Positions 59,302-64,000 of a stretch of 64,000 nt of DNA are shown here, one piece after another. The notes below the pieces were generated by a model. The model saw only the letters and a list, made by a program, of their open reading frames with translations, was not told the DNA's origin and did no database searches. The number at the start of each line of letters is the position of its first letter. The stretch's first letter is position 1. The stretch comes from Candidatus Poribacteria bacterium. GTDB lineage: Bacteria; Poribacteria; WGA-4E; WGA-3G. Location of the stretch: contig CAXXLX010000001.1 of NCBI GenBank assembly GCA_963665235.2, positions 2,016,001-2,080,000 of the forward strand, in the 5' to 3' direction. A program made the translations under genes and the position numbers.

Positions 59302-60057
59302 GTGCAAAGCAAAATAGAGATTTTGGACTTAAAAGTACGTTACGGGGATAAACAAGCATTGAACGGAATTTCCTTCGATGTTTATGAAAACGAAATCCTC
59401 GGTATCATCGGACCAGCGCAATCCGGTAAAACGACCCTGCTAAAGGTCATCAATCGAACGTTGGAATTTACGCAGGGGACAACCGTTGAAGGCTCCGTGA
59501 AACTAGATGGTGTCGATATCAATTCAATCGCAGATGTACACGGTCTGCGGAGACGTATCGGTATGGTCCTGCCTTTACCGGTAGGGTTGCCGTTATCCAT
59601 CTACGACAACGTTGCCTTTGCCCCTCGAACAGCAGGACTTCGCAATAAGGCGGAGTTAGATGAAATTGTTGAAAGGTGTCTGCAGCAAGCAGCACTCTGG
59701 GACGAAGTAAAAGACCGACTGAATAGCATCGGCACGAAACTCTCAGGCGGACAACAGCAACGTTTGACGATTGCAAGAGCCCTTTCACATCAACCAGAGA
59801 TTTTGTGTCTCGATGAATTCTCCATCGCAGTAGACCCGGTAACAACGATGCGTATTGAAGATGTGCTTAAGACACTGCGTACAGACATGACAATTCTGCT
59901 CGTCACTAACTTGGTGCAGCAGGCAAAACGTTTGGCAGACCGCACCGCTTTTATGCTAAACGGCAATTTAATTGAAATCGATACAACGGATGTCATTTTC
60001 TCCGAAAATCCAGCAGAGCAGGCCACTTACGACTATGTCAGCGGCAACTTTGGATAG
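59302..60057 (+). CDS. pstB: Phosphate ABC ATPase PstB (H-loop His replaced by Asn)
   Basis: GPAQSGKT, ALWDEVKDRL, LSGGQQQRL, LDEF, VTNL. Confidence 0.88.
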   Translation: MQSKIEILDLKVRYGDKQALNGISFDVYENEILGIIGPAQSGKTTLLKVINRTLEFTQGTTVEGSVKLDGVDINSIADVHGLRRRIGMVLPLPVGLPLSIYDNVAFAPRTAGLRNKAELDEIVERCLQQAALWDEVKDRLNSIGTKLSGGQQQRLTIARALSHQPEILCLDEFSIAVDPVTTMRIEDVLKTLRTDMTILLVTNLVQQAKRLADRTAFMLNGNLIEIDTTDVIFSENPAEQATYDYVSGNFG

Positions 60058-60079
60058 GAGCAGCGAGGAGGACTCTCAC

Positions 60080-60853
60080 TTGGAGACGAATAACTACAGC
60101 ATTGAAACCGAGAATCTCAGCCTCTGGTACGGGGATTTTCAGGCACTCATCGATGTGAACGTGAAAGTTTTAGCGGGGCAAATTACGTCACTGATTGGCC
60201 CCTCTGGGTGTGGCAAAACAACGCTATTGCGCTGTTTCAACCGTGTCAACGAACGCTACGGCAACGTTACCACAAAAGGGGAAATTCATATTTTAGGGAA
60301 AAATATCTACGATGCGAATGTATCGCTCCCCGAACTCCGAAAAACAGTCGGCATGGTCTTCCAACGGCCGAACCCGTTGCCGATTTCGGTATACGAGAAT
60401 GTACTATTTGGATTGCGCATTCACTCGCCGATGCGCAGTTTCACACGAACAGAAGCAGACCAAATCGTTGAAGAAGCACTTACCTCTGTTTTCTTGTGGG
60501 ACGACCTGAAGGATAAACTGAAAACGCGGGCAACATCCCTTCAACTCGAACAGCAACAAAAACTCTGTATCGCGCGCCTCTTGCCCCTCAAACCGAAGAT
60601 TATCCTGATGGACGAACCCTGCTCCGCCCTGGATGCAAAAGGCACGCTTGCAGTTGAAGAACTCATGTCAGTCCTCGCGGGGACCTACACATTTTTAATC
60701 GTAACGCATAACATGGCACAAGCCCGCCGGGTCAGCAACGAGTGTATCTTCATGTTCCTCGGAGAACTTATTGAACACAGAGAAACGCAGGCACTATTTG
60801 AAACCCCAGAACACCCGAAAACAGAGGATTATGTGCAAATGCGATACGGCTAA
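60080..60853 (+). CDS. pstB: Phosphate ABC ATPase PstB (degenerate signature motif)
   Basis: TTG start after GAGGAG; GPSGCGKT, GMVFQRPNP, LQLEQQQKL, MDEPCSALD, VTHNMAQA. Confidence 0.88.
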   Translation: METNNYSIETENLSLWYGDFQALIDVNVKVLAGQITSLIGPSGCGKTTLLRCFNRVNERYGNVTTKGEIHILGKNIYDANVSLPELRKTVGMVFQRPNPLPISVYENVLFGLRIHSPMRSFTRTEADQIVEEALTSVFLWDDLKDKLKTRATSLQLEQQQKLCIARLLPLKPKIILMDEPCSALDAKGTLAVEELMSVLAGTYTFLIVTHNMAQARRVSNECIFMFLGELIEHRETQALFETPEHPKTEDYVQMRYG

Positions 60854-60859
60854 TTTATC

Positions 60860-60940
60860 GTAGGGGTTGGGTCTCCCAACCCATCGTAATGGAAACTAAT
60901 CGCTAATTGCTATTACGTAGGGGTTGGGTCTCCCGACCCG
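60860..60940 (+). repeat. Two GTAGGGGTTGGGTCTCCCRACCC REP hairpins
   Basis: Copies at about 60860 and 60917; related copy at about 59260. Confidence 0.8.
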
Positions 60941-60981
60941 TATTGTAGAGAGTAGACACACGTCGTGTGCCGCACAGAAAA

Positions 60982-61680
60982 ATGGAAAAAACTAAACCTA
61001 TTTTCCATAGCATTGCCTTAATAACACTTATTGCAACATTCCTGCTTTTTTGGCATTTTTCTACCAAAGAAGCAGATATCGCTAAGCAGCCATCGGAGAT
61101 AATGCCTACGTTATTCAGACATCTCTCTGTTATGCTATTTGTGAGTCTCTTGGCAATTCCCTTAGGATTTGGGAGTGCATTTTACATAGAGGAATGGCTT
61201 GCCGAGACAAATTGGATTCGGCGTTTTATTGAGAGCAAAATCGCAATTTTAGAGACGATACCCTCGCTTCTGTATGGACTTTTGGTAGTTCTACTGTTCA
61301 TCTTTCAAAGTGGGAACACGTTGCTGCTTTTAGGAACGTTAACGTTTGTTCTAATAGTTTTACCGGTTGTGATGCTGACAACACAACGCGCACTCCGTTC
61401 AATTCCTACACCGATGCGAGAAGCGGCGTACGCCCTGGGAGCAAGCCGAGGACGAGTCCTAGCCGAACAGGTCATCCGGCCTGCCCTCCCCGCAATTCTT
61501 GCCGGGGCATGCCGGGGACTCTCTAGAGCATTCGCCACAGCTGCCCTGCTTATCGGCATCCATGCATGGGGATATACAACGGATACCACCGTTTCAAGGG
61601 ACACATTGACAAAATTCCTCCTATTCTTAGGGGGAGCCCTACTACTTAGCGTACCTTTTAGTTTGCGCAATCAACGATAG
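60982..61680 (+). CDS. Second, divergent PstA-like permease
   Basis: AFYIEEW, IPSLLYGLL, REAAYALGASR; lacks the GETAP motif. Confidence 0.8.
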   Translation: MEKTKPIFHSIALITLIATFLLFWHFSTKEADIAKQPSEIMPTLFRHLSVMLFVSLLAIPLGFGSAFYIEEWLAETNWIRRFIESKIAILETIPSLLYGLLVVLLFIFQSGNTLLLLGTLTFVLIVLPVVMLTTQRALRSIPTPMREAAYALGASRGRVLAEQVIRPALPAILAGACRGLSRAFATAALLIGIHAWGYTTDTTVSRDTLTKFLLFLGGALLLSVPFSLRNQR

Positions 61681-61697
61681 GTAGGTACGACGGAAAA

Positions 61698-62468
61698 ATG
61701 GAACCTGTGAAAAAGCACACCGTTTTAAGCATACGGAACTTAAATGTCTGGTACGGTGATAAACAGATTCTCCAGGACCTCTCACTTGAGGTTCAACACC
61801 AACAAGTGACCGCCCTGATTGGGCCCTCTAACAGCGGTAAAAGCACCCTCGTTCGGTGTATCAATCGCTTAAACGACTTTACGTCGAACTTCCAATTCAC
61901 TGGCGAAATCCTGTTCAACGGCCGAGCTCTGTACGCATCGGAAACAGATGCAACTGCACTCCGACGGCAGATAGGCATGGTGTTCAGCAAACCGATGCCG
62001 TTTCAGCGGTCTATCTATGAGAATGTCGCTTATGGCCCTCGAACATCAGGCGTAAAGCGGCATGTTCAGCTTGATGGCATTGTTGAGGAATGCCTCAGAA
62101 AGGTACAACTCTGGGATGCGGTGAGCCAAGACCTTCATGCATTGCCCAATGCACTGTCTAATGGGCAGCAACAGCAGCTTTGCATCGCACGTGCCTTAGC
62201 AAACTCCCCAGAAGTGTTGATATTTGACGAACCTTGTGAACAGCTCGATTCGGCTGAAACCGCCAAAGTTGAAGCCATCTTTCAACGGCTGAAAGGCGAC
62301 TATACCATCATCTTTGTTACGCACAAAAGACGACAAGCCGCACGCGTATCGGATGTCGCAGGACTCCTCTATGGCGGCGAATTGATAGAATTTGGACAGA
62401 CCGAGCAGATTTTTACCAACCCCAAAGATAAACTGACCGAAAACTATGTGACCGGTAGATTAGGCTAA
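61698..62468 (+). CDS. pstB: Third phosphate ABC ATPase PstB
   Basis: GPSNSGKS, SIYENVAYGPR, LSNGQQQQLCIARAL, FDEP, VTH. Confidence 0.88.
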   Translation: MEPVKKHTVLSIRNLNVWYGDKQILQDLSLEVQHQQVTALIGPSNSGKSTLVRCINRLNDFTSNFQFTGEILFNGRALYASETDATALRRQIGMVFSKPMPFQRSIYENVAYGPRTSGVKRHVQLDGIVEECLRKVQLWDAVSQDLHALPNALSNGQQQQLCIARALANSPEVLIFDEPCEQLDSAETAKVEAIFQRLKGDYTIIFVTHKRRQAARVSDVAGLLYGGELIEFGQTEQIFTNPKDKLTENYVTGRLG

Positions 62469-62492
62469 TCTAAAATTCATAAGGATTCAACG

Positions 62493-63155
62493 ATGCTACG
62501 CCACCTCGACGCAGAACTCAAAGCTCTTCAACACCAACTCCTCGAAATGGGCGGAATTGCCGAAAACATGCTGCGCGATGCCGTTCAATCTGTCCTGAAT
62601 CGGGACGAAAAACTAGCACGGAGCGTCATCGATGCCGACGATATCGTCGATCGGATGGAAAACGAAATTGAAGCCACATGCATCCAACTTATCGTTCGAC
62701 ATCAACCGGTAGTCTTTGAATTGCGTTTTTTGACGATGGCATTGAAGGTAAACCAGAACATCGAAAGGTTAGCTGACAAGTGTGTCGCTATTGCCAAACG
62801 CAGCCTGGAACTCTTAGCACATCCTCCCATGCAAACCTTTGTTGACCTCCCCTCTGTCAACCAAATTATTCAGGAGATGGTCAAAGATGCCTTGGATGCA
62901 CTTGTCCGACGCGATGCCGAACTTGCCGAAGAACTCCGAAAACGGGATAGTAAGGTTGATGCTATCTATAAACAGATGCACCGAGAACTTTGTACTATTT
63001 TGAGCGAGCAACCGAAACTCATCGAACCCGGCATCAGCATTCTGCTGCTCTTTCGGCATTTAGAACGTGTTGGCGACTTAGCGGTCAATATCGGGGAAGA
63101 GGTCTATTACCTCGTTAAAGGCGATGTCATCCGACATTCAAACGTTGCACTGTAA
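62493..63155 (+). CDS. phoU: Phosphate signalling protein PhoU
   Basis: DDIVDRME, HQPVVFELR, IERLAD, LERVGDLAVNIGE. Confidence 0.95.
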   Translation: MLRHLDAELKALQHQLLEMGGIAENMLRDAVQSVLNRDEKLARSVIDADDIVDRMENEIEATCIQLIVRHQPVVFELRFLTMALKVNQNIERLADKCVAIAKRSLELLAHPPMQTFVDLPSVNQIIQEMVKDALDALVRRDAELAEELRKRDSKVDAIYKQMHRELCTILSEQPKLIEPGISILLLFRHLERVGDLAVNIGEEVYYLVKGDVIRHSNVAL

Positions 63156-63158
63156 AGT

Positions 63159-63196
63159 GGCTGTTGGCTGTTGGCTGTTGGCACTTGGCTATTAGC
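63159..63196 (-). repeat. Heptamer tandem repeat (GGCTGTT)
   Basis: ggctgttggctgttggctgttggcacttggctattagc. Confidence 0.75.
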
Positions 63197-63238
63197 AAGA
63201 GAAAGCGAACAAGAGAGGAAAAAGAGTTCTCTTTCTTA

Positions 63239-63382
63239 ACTGAGTTTGATAATAAATGTCCGTTCGCACTAACCTCTATAAACATATCGTCCATACTGGA
63301 CTAAGAGGAGGGGGTAGAAACCGCCGCTTCTATAAACATATCGTCCATACTGGACTAAAGAAAACTTCTTCCAAACTCACGT
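63239..63382. mobile_element. Short ACGTGAG-type MITE with two internal repeat units
   Basis: actgagtttgataataaatgtccg ... ccaaactcacgt; 2x ctataaacatatcgtccatactggactaa. Confidence 0.75.
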
Positions 63383-64000
63383 TAATTGACTAGAAGCTGA
63401 TTGAAAAGTGCCCGAGTTGCCTCTGTCCACTTCCCGTAATCCTGCAAAAACGTCTCCACGCCCGGAGTGTCTTCAGTTTCGATGTATCCGAGGCGACGTG
63501 CCAATTGTGCCAATTCCGTACGATTTGTGGGCAACGCATCCAGGGCACGGTCGTGAACAATTCGGAGGGCGTTTTCAACACGTCTCAGAAATTGATACGC
63601 CTCCGATAAGTTGGCACTTTGCTCCGCTGTAAGAACACCGATAGCATGCAATCTCTCAATAGCAAGCGGCATATTTGCTACGCGGATAGAGGGCGCATCT
63701 GTCCCGTGCATAAGTTGAAGCGTTTGCACAGCGAATTCAATATCAACAAGGCCACCGTACCCCGATTTGACGTTAGCCGCCTGTTTCTGAACTTTTCCGC
63801 TCCGTTTCCGCCGTGATTTTGTCTTGCGGGTGGCTTGTGCCTCTTTTCGGCTACGGGTATGCACAATCTCAGCGATTTCTTCGGACGTGAGCGGTTGCCC
63901 GTAGGCGAAGGTGTGTGCAATTTGCAAAAATTGGTCTCCCACTCCTTCCGCGTCGCCTGCAACAACCCGGGCGCGGGTCAGTGCCTGACGTTCCCAAACT
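63382..64000 (-). CDS. glnE: Glutamine synthetase adenylyltransferase, C-terminal part (5'-truncated by window edge)
   Basis: Frame is open to the edge (WERQALTRAR); NVKSGYGGLVDIEFAVQ; AYQFLRRVENALRI. Confidence 0.9.
   Translation of the reverse strand, partial: VWERQALTRARVVAGDAEGVGDQFLQIAHTFAYGQPLTSEEIAEIVHTRSRKEAQATRKTKSRRKRSGKVQKQAANVKSGYGGLVDIEFAVQTLQLMHGTDAPSIRVANMPLAIERLHAIGVLTAEQSANLSEAYQFLRRVENALRIVHDRALDALPTNRTELAQLARRLGYIETEDTPGVETFLQDYGKWTEATRALFNQLLVN

Noticed and set aside
59972-60079. N-terminal extension of the second PstB
   Set aside because: Overlaps the preceding pstB; the TTG at 60080 has a strong RBS

Overview
Bacterial chromosomal window, about 47-50% GC by eye, with roughly 50 genes. 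The gene content (PhyH-type dioxygenases, secreted LamG-like proteins ending in a KLATxW..K tail, C-type lectin proteins, a DUF6785-like membrane protein) resembles Candidatus Poribacteria, a marine sponge symbiont; this is inference. Housekeeping and metabolic genes include xylulokinase, moaC, a MoxR ATPase, an HtrA protease, atpD/atpC split by a PAS histidine kinase, L-rhamnose isomerase, rpiA, several peptidases and the 3' end of glnE. There is a small decaying accessory patch (MazF-type TA pair, AAA ATPase, gene remnants) and an ATPase + TOPRIM-like pair. A large phosphate-uptake locus (phosphatase, pstS, DUF805-pstC fusion, pstA, K+ channel plus a filter-altered pore-only paralog, three pstB, a second pstA, phoU) has Pho-box-like promoters. 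Intergenic DNA is dense with non-autonomous elements, including a TIR/TAA-duplication element carrying locus-homogenised tandem arrays of a GTAG REP hairpin. No rRNA, tRNA, transposase or CRISPR array was recognised. Best leads: the REP-array elements, tandem PhyH enzymes with halogenase-type HxA/HxG motifs, a candidate C-terminal sorting signal, the channel-containing asymmetric Pst transporter, and a structured leader RNA. All family calls are from motif recognition, not database searches.
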